Assembly (NCBI GenBank): GCA_964036045.1
Contig: OZ038378.1
Coordinates: forward strand, 16,306,001 to 16,370,000
DNA: 64,000 bases
Source: Eutreptiella sp. 'Long Island Sound 2002'
Taxonomy: Eukaryota; Protista; Euglenida
Reading direction: 5' to 3'
The notes under the pieces are model-generated. The model worked only from the letters and a program-made list of their open reading frames with translations. It had not been told where the DNA came from and did no database searches. Position numbers and translations under genes: made by a program. Shown here one piece after another: positions 1 to 11,600 of this stretch; the first letter of the stretch is position 1; the number at the start of each line of letters is the position of its first letter.

Positions 1-1660
1 AATCCCGTGTCCCCCAGCAGTCCCATCCTGAATCGTGACCCCTCTTCTGCCGCGTCGACGAAAATCTCCCGTGGTTTGTGCCTGCCCCCCCCCCCCCCAA
101 GTCCCGCTGCAGCACCAGTGAAAAATCCCTTGGGGTTTGGGACCGTGAAAGATGCTAGCCAAGAACATCAGCAGGCTAATGGGGCAGCTGTGCTGGCTGG
201 GAAGACCAAATATAGGTATTCCTGGGGGGCAGCATAAAAGTGCATGCTGGAGGGCAAGGGGGTTTTCTGCGCAAGGATGGGTATACATTGATGACATACC
301 GCTGGCAGCGTGACGGTCAAAATTGTGTAACATGGTGCAGCAATGGTGGTGATGGCTGCACAAGGCTAGTTTTGTTGTTGAGGAAAAGAGCCCCCAGAGC
401 TGACGGAGCAGCTGACGTTCATAGGCAAGGGGCTGGATACAGCCGAGGGAAACTGTGAGCAATGGGGTGGGGGAGCTGGTGGGGGTTTTCAGGGTGTGTA
501 CCCCTGAGCGCTCCACAATAGCGCTCATGAGGGTTTGGCAAATGGCCGGGCTGAAGGACAACCCAAAGGGCAGCGGCTTGTATCTGTACAGTGTGCCCGA
601 CATGCCTTGCAACCAGCTCGGTGATCAAGACTTACAACTAGGACCGAGCTGGGGCCTAGGCGTGCTCATTGCAGACAAAATCGCTGTGGAAGAAGAATGG
701 CCCTCATTGAGATGCCTATATGACACATTCACGTGAACGCTCAGGACAATCATCCTGAAAGACTGGCCGGGAATGGCTCATTTTCACCTCAAAATAGACC
801 AGGGCAAGGCACCACGGTGTGAGAGATGCCTCATTGAAAACCCCTTCACAATCATTTTGCATTTGCAGCAACTCAAGGTGCAGGACCTGCTAGGAAGGGG
901 TGTGCAAGATGGGGTGACTGAAAGTGATCGCGAGCCACCTTCCGGGACCAAGAGATGCCAGAAGTGGATGGGGTGGCAAAGTTGCAAGGGCTTGAATGGG
1001 AGATCACAAGGCTAAAGGGGAGAAACGCAGGGCGGCGGGGAATGGTAGAAAGCATGCTCATGGGGATGGGGCAGGAGGTCTCAAGCTGGAGGGTGGTAGA
1101 AGCGCACATGAGGCGCTGTCCCCTGTGAGGGCACATGACGGGGGCTACCTTGAAGATGACGAGCATGTTGAGTGTGTCAAGGGCTTGTCTTTGTCATTAG
1201 GGCCTTGCCGGCATGGTGTGTGGGATTAGAGCCACCCTCCCCTGGGTGTACACATTTCGAACTTGTGTCATCCGTCCTCAATGGTGTGGTTCTCTTTGGT
1301 TCAAAGCCATGATTCTATGACTTTCCAAGGGTGATGCATGACACATGATGTTTCCCACACCATTTGTGCCTTGTTGCCGTGCCTAGTGCTTCTTTTTAGT
1401 TTGTTTCTTCCGTACAAATGCTAGGTGGGTCCAAAGGTATCTTCCACTAGGGGTATGCATTTTAAAATTTGGGCATCATCATCCGCGTTCATTTTTGTTA
1501 GACAACTATGTTTGCAAAAAAGACCCAGGTCCAGCAAGTGACCACCCACCTTGTCCATTTGGCGGGTGCTCTAGGCCTTCAGGATGGGAATCTCGTTGGG
1601 TAGGTCTTAGCAGAATGGGCTGTCACCTCCCCACACGCTCAGCGCCAATTTGCTGTAGCT

Positions 1661-3130
1661 GTGCGTTTGGCCCAACCTAGTTGTATTCGGGAGGTACAGC
1701 ACAAGGCAATCACTAGGTACGCCTCCGAGGTGCTCGCCCCGGACGAGTGTTGCGAGCTCATCCTCAACCTACGTGCGCCCCAATCAGCATGGTGTACGCT
1801 CTCCCAGGTGTTCACCCTCCAGGGGTGGAAAGACATCGCGGCTACCGGGTTGCTGTTTGCACTCCCCATTTGCCTAGAGAGGGCCTTCTAGCGGCGCTTG
1901 CAAGAGCTATTGGCCCCGCTCTAGCTTGCCCCTCCGGTGAGCACATCTACCCAAAGGCCATAGGCGTCAGCTGGCCGTGGGCATCGTGGCTTCGGTACAT
2001 TGCGAGCCAACCCCCGCTGTGCCACATGATAGATTGGTCCTCCCCTTGACATTCATTGTCACGGGGGATGGCTATACATGCGCTGGTGGGGAGTGGTCCC
2101 AACTCAGCATGTCCATCGCCAACATGGGCCTCTGGGCCGCATTCTTGCATGTGTGTGGGTCATCGGGCTCGCTATTTGCTGCGACAAAGCGATGGCCACT
2201 TTGGCAACCCTTTTCGGAAGCCAATATCAAGGTGCGTCTTGTGCACAGACCATTGTTCCGGCGGTGTTCCAATAAGCGGTTCTAGCCATGTTCAAGCCTT
2301 TTGTTTGAACGCCCATTGGAAAAATTTTTGGTTCCAACAATTTGCCTTTGTTTTTCTCGGCAATCCAGCTCGTTGCGGACACCAAACGGGTGGTCTACAA
2401 CTCCCACGAGCAGCCGGCTTATGTTTGGCTAGGTGGCGACTCTCCACAGGTTGGGGTTTCACCGGCCCCACAGGTTGGGTCACTATACGATGAGGCCATA
2501 TGCAAATCCGTTGCTTGTGTTTGGCTGGGCAAAGATATGGTCCAAACCTGCTAATCGGATCATGCCCAACGGACCTCCTTCTTGATACCATCCCTCAAAG
2601 CAGCTGGTTGCTCGGTGGACCATGCGCAACTTGCATTGTTGTATGTCAATGGGGCGGCAACAAACGGCCAACATCGAACGGTTGGCTAATGACTGCCTTG
2701 CCCCGGGTGATTGGGCAACTCGCGCGGCCATACAAGCCACGTTGGATCAGGTATGGTGTGGTGTTGGCGGAGGTACGAGAGGCAAGGAGGAACATGCAGA
2801 GCCTCCGAAGGAACCTTCATAGGTGGGAGGCCAAATTGGCCTGAGCTTGGGGACGTATCGGGGGATGGGGCTGCAAGAAAAAAGGTTTTAGAGGGGGCGC
2901 AAAGGGGGGTTGAGGAATTGGAAAAACAGTGGATGGTTTTGCTTGTACCGTAGCTCTGTGTCGCTGTCTTGCCCTGTCCCGCCGTGACACCAAGCACGCA
3001 GCCACAAAACTTCCAAGCAGAACCCAAACCGATACTCAAGGGTGCAGCTATCCTGTCCGTGGGGAACATGATGACAGCCAAGCGCCTGGCTAGCCGGCCT
3101 TTACTTGGCGCACAATAGACATGCCCAAGC
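1661..3130 (+). pseudogene. Degenerate DDE-type DNA transposase relic (Transib/RAG1/Chapaev-like, tentative)
   Basis: Broken ORFs give, in order, PLTFIVTGDG (candidate first Asp), YVWLGGD (candidate second Asp), a Cys pair, NLHCCMSMGR (LHC motif) and RGEHDD (candidate Glu). There are many stops and frameshifts. Confidence 0.3.
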
Positions 3131-3224
3131 GGGCCAACGGGAACTGGTCCCAAGCAATACAAAGAACACTTCACTGCAGCAGGGGGGATGGTTGTCTGGT
3201 ACTGTCCCAACCTGTGACCCGGTT

Positions 3225-3617
3225 TTGCTTTGCCCGCCCTGCCCTGAACCCAGCCCTAAGACAAGACATGTAGTAACTCAAGACAACGAGACTCCTGCTT
3301 TTGCGTCTGGGGGTATCACCCATGATTGAGCTGTATGATGGCCGCATTGGCAACGCTACATAATAGTGCGGGCTCCTGCAAGCGTGATGCTTACAGAGGA
3401 CATCAACTGTACATGCAAAACAAGGCGCTCGGTGGGTGGGGTGGGGGGGGGGGGACTGTCATTGACACTGTCACTGTCACTATTGCTGTCACTGCCCCCC
3501 CCCCCCCCAGCGAAACTTCAGTTGCTTGCGCAACTTCAGCTTTACTTTGCCCGCCCTATCCTTGAACCCAGCCCTAAGTCAAGATCGACATGCAGTAACT
3601 CAAGACAACGAGAACTC
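3225..3617. repeat. Direct repeat pair of about 75 bp near the YR element 3' end
   Basis: ctttgcccgccct...gaacccagccctaag...gtaactcaagacaacgag occurs at about 3228-3295 and about 3545-3615. Confidence 0.85.
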
Positions 3618-4218
3618 TGCTTCGGCGACTGGGAAAAACCCTGAGGTAATCCCCAACAAACCTTGGGGGCGGTCGCCGCCATCCTTGCACAATGGCACAC
3701 CTGCACTCCACGCACCACTAACAGGCAAACAATGGCACAGGCACACACACAGACACTCAGGGGACGTCACAGGCACCGGCAGGCCTAAAAAGACAACGCA
3801 CAAGCACGTCGGTCAAGACTGGCCCTGCCATGCGCTCCACACAACACCGACAGCGACACAAGCACAGAAGAACTCATATACCCAGATGTAGGCACAGAAA
3901 AAATCACTCTGGGGACGATTGTCACCTGCAGGCCTGACAAGGCTGGGCCTGTTGGCGTGCTGCCGGGTCGGTCTGCATACAGAAGCCACCAGATGGAGAG
4001 GGCGGGGGCACACATGCACTAGCAGGTCTGTTAAGACTGGGCGTGCTGGTACGTTGTCCTGGCACCAAGCGCAAATATGGGGGGCGGCCAGCCACCAACA
4101 CACACCACTAGAGGGGGTGGGCTAGAGCACACACGCATGAGCAGGTCTGTCAAGACTGGGCTTGCTATGCGCTCCACGCGACACCGACACCGACACGGGC
4201 ACAGAGAGACTTAGAAGC

Positions 4219-5060
4219 TCAAATGCAGGCAAACACACATAGCCGGACCTTCAGTCGGCTGCGGCTCCCGACCCGACCCCCCGCAGCAACTGCCTCCAAC
4301 AGGCTCCTACACACAGCAAAACGAACACAGTGCGCGGAGGGGGGTCCCAAGCGCAGCCATGCTCGCGCACCCGCAAGGAAACACCCTGCCAAGAAACCAG
4401 GGCGCGCTAGCCAACCTGTGCGCCCTAACAACCGTTGCAGGGGCTTGCATGTGTAGCGGGACAGGCTTAATGCAATCCAACGGCCCACTATGTCCGCCAG
4501 CCCCTCAGGCTTAGGCGCCACGCGGGGCCTATGTAGGCTGAGTTGCTTCCGAATCCACATGAGGCACTGGGTGGCATCCAGGACGGACTTAGGGCTGATA
4601 AGGAAACCTTTACGGGCCAAGAGCACCGCCGTGTCAGGCGCCAGCTGAGTGGTCCGCGAGCGGTCCCGGCCCACAAAAAGGATGTCATCCACATATTGAA
4701 CAATGACGACCTGTGTGTCAGGGGTTCAGATAATATGGCCCCAATAAGGTGCTGCACCAGGCCAGGTGCCTGGTGCCATCCAAACAGTATGCATACCAAG
4801 GCACAGGAGGTGCCAGCTGCCGCCACCCAAACCGCACCACCCATTGCAGGGGGCAAGTGCACGCTCCAATAGCAGTTGCTGAGGTCTATCTTGACCCCCC
4901 CCCCCCCCCCCACACCGAGCGCAGATTTCCCGCAAGGCCCTCAAGCGAGGGCAGGCAGAACGGCCTCGCCTTGAAAGAGCAGGCATGATTGAAGGCCTAC
5001 ATATCAACAATGAGCGCGCACTTAGCAAGGTTTTTGTACTGAACAAAAGTGCGTGCATTT
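4219..5060 (-). pseudogene. Reverse transcriptase of the YR retrotransposon (frameshifted)
   Basis: Motifs in order: FVQYKNLAKCALIVDM, KIDLSNCYWSV, ILFGWHQAPGLVQ, QYVDDILFVG (YVDD at 4695-4684), GFLISPKS, LQRLLGRTGWL. They are spread over several frames. Confidence 0.88.
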
Positions 5061-6000
5061 GGAGACAATGGGGATTTTATTAATGAGGCCGTCCGTATAC
5101 AACTTGCGCAGCAGTGCCACCACCTTGGGGCACGACGACGGCTATTGGGCCTTCTTCGCCCGCCTGCTGGAAGTGGGGGTCCGCCCATCGGGACCAGAGG
5201 TTGTCTGGGACCTGCACAGAGCCCGCCGGCCCAAGTCCCCGGCCCGCGAGCTCAATGGTAACAGTGTCTCCATCCCCAAGTTGCGGTGAAGATGCCTCGT
5301 CCGGTGGGCCATGCGTCGCCAGATGGTGGAGCGTATCATGCAACACGGCCTCGTCTTCTGGGCTAGCCTTGGGCCTATCCAACGCCCAGCAGTGCAACTC
5401 AGCCCACCACATAAGAAGCAGGCTTTCCGCCCGATGGCGGTCTACAGACGCCTTGACGGCCGTTAGTACTGCCGCATCCAAGATGTGCTCACTTATTGGC
5501 TTTCCGCGCTTTCGGCAGGCGATCTAGGGCGGGGACCAACTCCCCCTACACCGTCCCTGGTCCGGTGATGGCGACAGGGTCGGCTGAGGGCTTGCGCTTT
5601 CGGGCCGCTCCATCTCTTGCTAAGAACGATCTGCGGACAAAGCACCGTTGCGGGGCCGGCGGACCTTGGGCCTGCGCAGCCGGACTCGAACGCGAACGCG
5701 GGGCCCGTGTTGTGTCTTGTTGGCAGCCCGGAGCGCGCGCACGTTGTTCCCGTTCTCCCGGGGCCACTCCACGATTCGTGCCAGAGGCTCCCAGTACCCC
5801 ATCGTCGGAGTCGTCCCCCTCGTCATCATTGTCGACGACGATGATAATAGGGGAGCCTGGAACGTCAGGGGTTGTGCGCCGCCCAAGGGCGCCCGCAGAC
5901 CAGAGCTGGACCGAGTATAGGGGCACTATGGTAGTGCCTGCGACTGGGTGTGGCCAACGGGCTTGGTCCGGGAGCTCAACTTCCCCGTCCGGTCCTGGGA

Positions 6001-6743
6001 CTCGTAGGGCCATCCATGTGGCTGCGACGTCCACATGTTCTAGAGGCATACGGCAGTGATGGGGGCTCCGAGCACGACCATGGCTGCCGCAAAGAGCCGC
6101 CTCTAGCAGTGCCAAGCGACTCCCGCCCATGGGGTGCCCCATAGGAGGAAGTGCATACGGCGTTCAAGCTTTGCCTCCATGAAGAGTGGCAAGTATTGGG
6201 CTCTGCGCCGGACGCTCCCGCGCGCCAGCAGGGCTTGTCGCCACCGCTCCGCCCATACTCCTAGCCTGGCAGGGATGCATCGTCTTTTGGTCTTGCGATC
6301 ATAGAAGCTGATCCAGTTCGGCTAGCTGATGTCGACCTTGCGTATGCTTGCGGCCTCCCTGACCCGAAGGTCGTGGCAGACAGTGAAGATGGCGAGGGTG
6401 AGGACGGCAAAGTCGGTCTCGGAGCGTACAGCCGTGGCCATGGTTCGGTGCATACCCAAAGTTCCCCAAACCTGTTGGCGAGGTTCGGAGTTGTACACCC
6501 GGCCGGCCCCTGCCGCCATGGCCCACTGGATGGGGCCCACGGTGGGCCGTAGTAGCGGGAGCTTTTCGCCATGCAAACTGCTGATATGGTGCCCTGTAAG
6601 GCCACTAAGGACTTCCCCGTTGCTTCCAGGTGCACAACGTGCCGTGCAAGGGTGTCTGCCCGCGATTGTTCAGTGTACAGAAGCCCTGCACGGCCAACGC
6701 CTCTGAGTTCCCGCACCCAGGCAAAAACCGTGCTCTCCGCCAA
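6001..6743 (-). pseudogene. Tyrosine recombinase of the YR retrotransposon (in-frame stops)
   Basis: Motifs LAIFTVCHDLRVREAASIR (catalytic R), FYDRKTK (K), WHC*RRLFAAAM (HxxR) and a terminal W-x-S...Y. Several TAG stops interrupt the frame. Confidence 0.82.
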
Positions 6744-6937
6744 TCACCGTAGCCAGGGCCCAGGGCTCAGTGGCGAAGTACGCGGCCCACAAGTTGTACA
6801 CCCTCGTGGCCACACCATGGAGCTCGGTCGCTATGCCCCGACGCCCTCCCCCCCCCCCTTGGGTTAGCTAGGGGCGGCAGGTCGCTGGGCGGGGGGGGGG
6901 GGCAGCCCCCCCTAGCAAAAGGGCTGTTGAGGCGGCG

Positions 6938-7400
6938 GCCATGAGGCAACAGATACTGGGCTCGCATACGCCCCCGTGTCACAGGCGCATGGTCATCACC
7001 ACTCGGTTCAATGTTTTGCCTTGCTGCACTACAGTGCAGACCAGTTCGGTGCCACTCCGGGTGGCTTTTGAATGTGCTTTGGCTGTCTGGGCATCTGGGT
7101 CAGCTCGCACCCACCACCCTCCCACAGCGCCGGTTAGTCTCTAACCTCTTGCTCTGCGGGTCTCTTTGGGCGGTGGGGGCCATGAGGCAACGGATACTGG
7201 GCTCGCATACGCCCCCGTGTCACAGGCGCATGGTCATCACCACATAGTTCAGTGTTTTTCATTGCTGCACTGCAGCGCACACCAGTTCTGAACCACTCCA
7301 GGTGGCTGCTAACTGTGCTTTGGCCTTGGCCATCTGTACATTGAGGTCAGCTCGCACCCACCACCTTCCCACAGTGCCGGTTAGTCTCTAACCCTTGCTC
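6938..7400. repeat. Diverged tandem duplication of about 200-220 bp inside the YR element
   Basis: ccatgaggcaac...ggtcatcaccac...gttagtctctaacc occurs at about 6939-7145 and again at about 7180-7392. Confidence 0.85.
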
Positions 7401-8624
7401 TGCGGGTCTTGCTCTTGCTGCCCCTGTCTGAGGCGGCGGGGGGGGGGGGGGCTGAGGTGCCGGCTGCTGCTGCTCGGGGTGCTGTGACCCAGCGGGGCAG
7501 GGGTGGAACGACCAATGCATACCATTGCACCGCACGCAGGGGTAGGGGGGCGGCCCGCGGGCGTCGTACGTGCAGCCGGTGTTGAACGCCGTGTACAGGG
7601 TCTGGTCCCCCTGTACAGAGAACCCACCCGCCGGGCGCCCGCGCGGGGCCTCCACCTAGGCTTGTACCGGCTGCCACTGTGGGTGTGACTGCTAGGACGA
7701 CTTCGATTGTTGCGGCGTGCACTCGCGCGCGCATTGGCCCTGCATGCCGCACTTGAAGCAGGCCCCAGGGGGGCCCGCATTTGGGGCCTGCGGCGTTTGC
7801 TGGCGGGCCGGAAACTCGCCCGCCTTAAGCCCTAGGGTCGGCCACAGGGCAGCCCGGGTTCCGTTGGCCAAGGCAGTGGCCACCTCAGACTGCTAGGGCG
7901 CCTCGGTCCTCAAGAAGATCACGAGCGTCTCCACCAGTTGACGTTGCCAGACGTAATGCAGCTGGGTGTTCGCTACCCGCTGTAGCTCTCCCAGTGAACG
8001 AGGTGGAGTGGATGGGCCTCGGAGCTGTGACAATCGGGCCTCAAGGGCAGCTATTTCAGCGCGGATCAAATCAGCAGGTTGCTGCAATGGGGCTGCCAAG
8101 GTCGGCCCCCCTACCGCCGCATTCAGGGTAGGGGCCGGGGCCGGGGGGTTGATGTGGCGCCACTCCCCCGCGACCATGTCCAAGCGCCAGCGCGCGTGAT
8201 TCTCGTAGACGGCCATCATCAAGAGCACCTCGTGCGGCTCGGACGAGGGGACCGCCCATTCGGTGGCCATATTCACCCCAGCCTGATCTAAGCCGCGATG
8301 CATGAGCTCGACATGGTACTCCCCGGTGTTCTTCGCGGCCAGGTCATCCCCAAAAGAGGCACAAAAGGTGGCCGCCACATGGTCCCTCCACTATGCCCAC
8401 TTTCCATAGGAGTCGCTGACCGCCTAGGGCATTTCCACGTCCCCAGCAAACGCGCACATAGCACGTTTAGCATTCGGTTGATCCTGTGCCGGCCTACTCG
8501 CGGGGGCTACTTTGCCTCTTGCCACGGCCGCATAGCCCGCACCTGCAGTTTCATCAGCCGCCTCGACAAGCGACTCCAACTCGTGTGGCGATAGATGAGA
8601 CATGAGAACGGGAAATGGACCCAA
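7347..8624 (-). pseudogene. gag-like ORF1 with coiled coil and zinc knuckles
   Basis: Contains LIRAEIAALEARLSQL (coiled-coil-like), CFKCGMQGQCAREC (degenerate CCHC) and CVRCNGMHWSFHPC. It lies upstream of the YR on the same strand and has internal stops. Confidence 0.6.
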
Positions 8625-11600
8625 GCAATACCAAGGGGGAATCTTTGCACTGCGCGCGCACTGCGCGCTGCTTTTAGACTATGTTTCCCCAGAAGAGCCC
8701 CCAAGCACACCCCTTGGAAAAGCCCTTAGAATTAGGTGACCCAAACTGCCCCAGCTCAAGAAAGTTGCAAACTACCTTCCCTTCACATAACACACATCAT
8801 GCACAAGGTTTTTGGTTTCCCCAATGCTATGGATGTTCCTTGTTTTTGATAAAGAAAACCTTGATGATTTTCCCTGATGCAAAATGATAGTCACAAGGTA
8901 GATAAGCAGGGCAACCAAACACCAGATGGATTGAAATCAGGATGTTCTCCTTCCAAATCAAAGCATAAGTAGCAAAGAGGGGCTAGACGGAGAATACGCA
9001 ACTTGTGTGCACAACATGACAAAGGGGGACAAAATCAGAAGTCAAAACCTCCGCTGGGGTCACCATGATGCCCCTAGGGGCCCCTAGTATCTCAAAGTAT
9101 GGGTCTCTAGTACGGCTAGACGCCCAAATAGTTGCACTACGCGCGCACTGTGTGCGCACTGCGCTTAAGGCTCCCCCCAAGAACACTTCACTGCAGCAGG
9201 AGGGACGGTTGTTTGGTATTGTCCCGACCTGTGACCTCGTTTGCCCCCCACCCCCCCCCCCCCCCGAGGCAAAACCTAGGTTGTTGCTAACCTAGGGTGC
9301 GGGCACAGGGGACCAAGGGGTGAAACTAGAACGGGGGGAAACAGAGGGCGAAACCAGAAGGGGAGGACAACATCGCTGAGGTGAGGGTGGGCAATGAGGG
9401 GCACCCTAAGGGGAACCGTGTGGTTCCCGAGGTGGATGGGGGGGCGGGGGAGTCTGAGGGGGGGGGATGAACCTAGCCTCTTGCACGTTACTGGGTGGAT
9501 ACGCAAGAGGCTCGGCTCAAGCATGGCTGCCCAAGCTGCCAACTTCCCTTGGACAAGGGAGATGGTTGGCCCCTACCACTCTGCCGTGGATGCTTGCATC
9601 CCGAAAGTCCCCCACCCCACCATCTACACCCTCCAGTGAATGTTGCAATGCTTCCTCTGGAAGCGGTTGTACAACAAGGGGCAAAGTAAGTGCCGCTGGC
9701 GCTAAGAGGACGGGGATGCACCAGGTGGGACCCTGGTAACATGGGTGACAGGGCCAAGGGCACGCCACACAGACCTCCTGCTGAACGACTGGTTGCCTAG
9801 TCAGACCCAAAGGGGGAAATTTTTGACCACCTGGGGGCAGGGTTCTGAGTTGTGGGATGACCATTGTCTGGGCTATGTAAAGCCTACGCCCCGGAAGGAC
9901 ATTGCGATCTTCCGGGTAAATTGGGTCCAGAACCTCAAGGAGGGGATCTACCGGATCGCAGAGGAGGCCAAATACCACAGCCAACACCCAAGGATAGACG
10001 CTATCCCGACCTGGTGTCCTCCTCGTGAAGTGTGAGATGGACACCCAGCGTGACCAGCGGAGGGCGGTGCGGGAGGTCCTAGCACGGAGGGAGAGGACCC
10101 CGCCCATGCAGTTACGGCATGCAATGGCCGCCCTCAAAGAGAACTAGGACATGCGAGTGTGGGTATTCCCCTTCCCTGCGTATCCTAGGGGCGAATAGGG
10201 CCATAAAACGGTGTGCTATCCTCCCCTAGAACATGTTCCGGCAATGATCCGGTAACTTGTTGTAGCGGTGTTCCCATTTGTAACACTGGAAAAACGCCAG
10301 ATCGCCGCCAAAATGTCGCCAGAGAAACTTATTGGAACGTCGCCGGAAATTTTTTGTTGTCCTCTCTTCAAGAAATTTTTTGTTGTCCTCTCTTCAAGGT
10401 GAGGACGTGCAAATCAATCTCGGCGACCTGGGTGGTGCGCCTCATCATGTGGTGGCCTGGCTATCACCCGCGGCCAGTTTATTTGACTACATTGCTGCAG
10501 CACTTGCATCTGCAACCAGCTGTAGCACTCGACTAGTTGACGGCCATGGCCAATTACTTGGCTGGCTGCAACAGTGTCCTCGAGGCACAAGTCGAGGGAT
10601 GGGGCAACATCAATGACCTGTCCCCTACACACCCCAACCCCCCAAGGGCTCGGACCCCCCCAGCCCCCCATCCTGGTCCCAAAACCTACCTCCTAGCCCC
10701 CTGGTCCCCAAAGCTGCCCCCACACCAAAACAAACCCCAACCAGCCCATAGCCCTTGCCAATCCACCCCGGGAGTACGCAAAACAAGAAGAAGAAATCGA
10801 GGAAAAGGAAGAATTCATGGAGGAGGAATCCGTTGAGGACTCCGAGGAGGGCTCCTTGGAGGAGTCCCCAGAAAGCCACTTCCTCTTTATTTTAGCCCCC
10901 CCTACAAGACAACCCTCCATCCCCCGAAAGAGAGGAGAGCCCTTGCCCCCCCAACCCCCCCAAGAAGCTTCCCAGCCAGCCCCAAAGGTAGCACCCTCGC
11001 CCCACCCCACTCCCCCAACCCAAAAGGCCGACATGCCTACGGACACCCCACAACCAAAGCCCAAGCCCAAGCCCAAGCCCAGGTCAAGGGGGGTGGGGGC
11101 TGCAAGTACAAGGTGGGGGGAAATGTGCATGTCGTTTTTTGCAACAAGTAGATTGAGAACGGCAAGGAGGCCCTTGCCAAGCCCCCCCCCCCCCAAAAGG
11201 GGAGACACAAGTACGTTTTCCATGTGACAAGGAACTTTCCCCAAGGCCGGCGTGTGGCGGACCCGAACGCAAGCCAAGAAATTCCTCGAGAAGAAGAAGA
11301 AGGAAAAGGAGGCGGTTGAAGAGAAGGAGGGGGATGAGGAGGACGAGGACGCGGACAACGAGGACGGGGATGGTGATGGGAGCGGGCGGGGATGGGGTGA
11401 TGGGCAAGGGGCAAGTGAGGGTGCTGCCGAGGTTAGTGCTCGCCGGGATGAGGGTATGGGGTAGGGGTCAACGGGATGGAGGGTGAAGCGGTGGAGGGTG
11501 AAGGGGTGGTGGCCGGTAGGGGAAAGTTCCGGGGCGCCCCTCGGCCCCCCAACAACCCAACACTACTCAGCAAGGGGCGCGCAAACAGACTAACTCCATG

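Larger units (their letters stand above)
3140..9247 (-). mobile_element. Tyrosine-recombinase (DIRS-order) retrotransposon, VIPER/TATE-like domain order gag-YR-RT, decayed
   Basis: On the minus strand, a zinc-knuckle gag-like region (8624-7347) is followed by a tyrosine recombinase (6743-6001) and an RT (about 5060-4219). A direct repeat of about 70 bp lies at 3163-3235 and 9178-9247. Boundaries are approximate. Confidence 0.75.

Noticed and set aside
9300-11470. Cluster of Pro/Glu/Lys-rich ORF pieces
   Set aside because: Low complexity with many stops and no recognisable motif. It is probably decayed repeat DNA but cannot be assigned.
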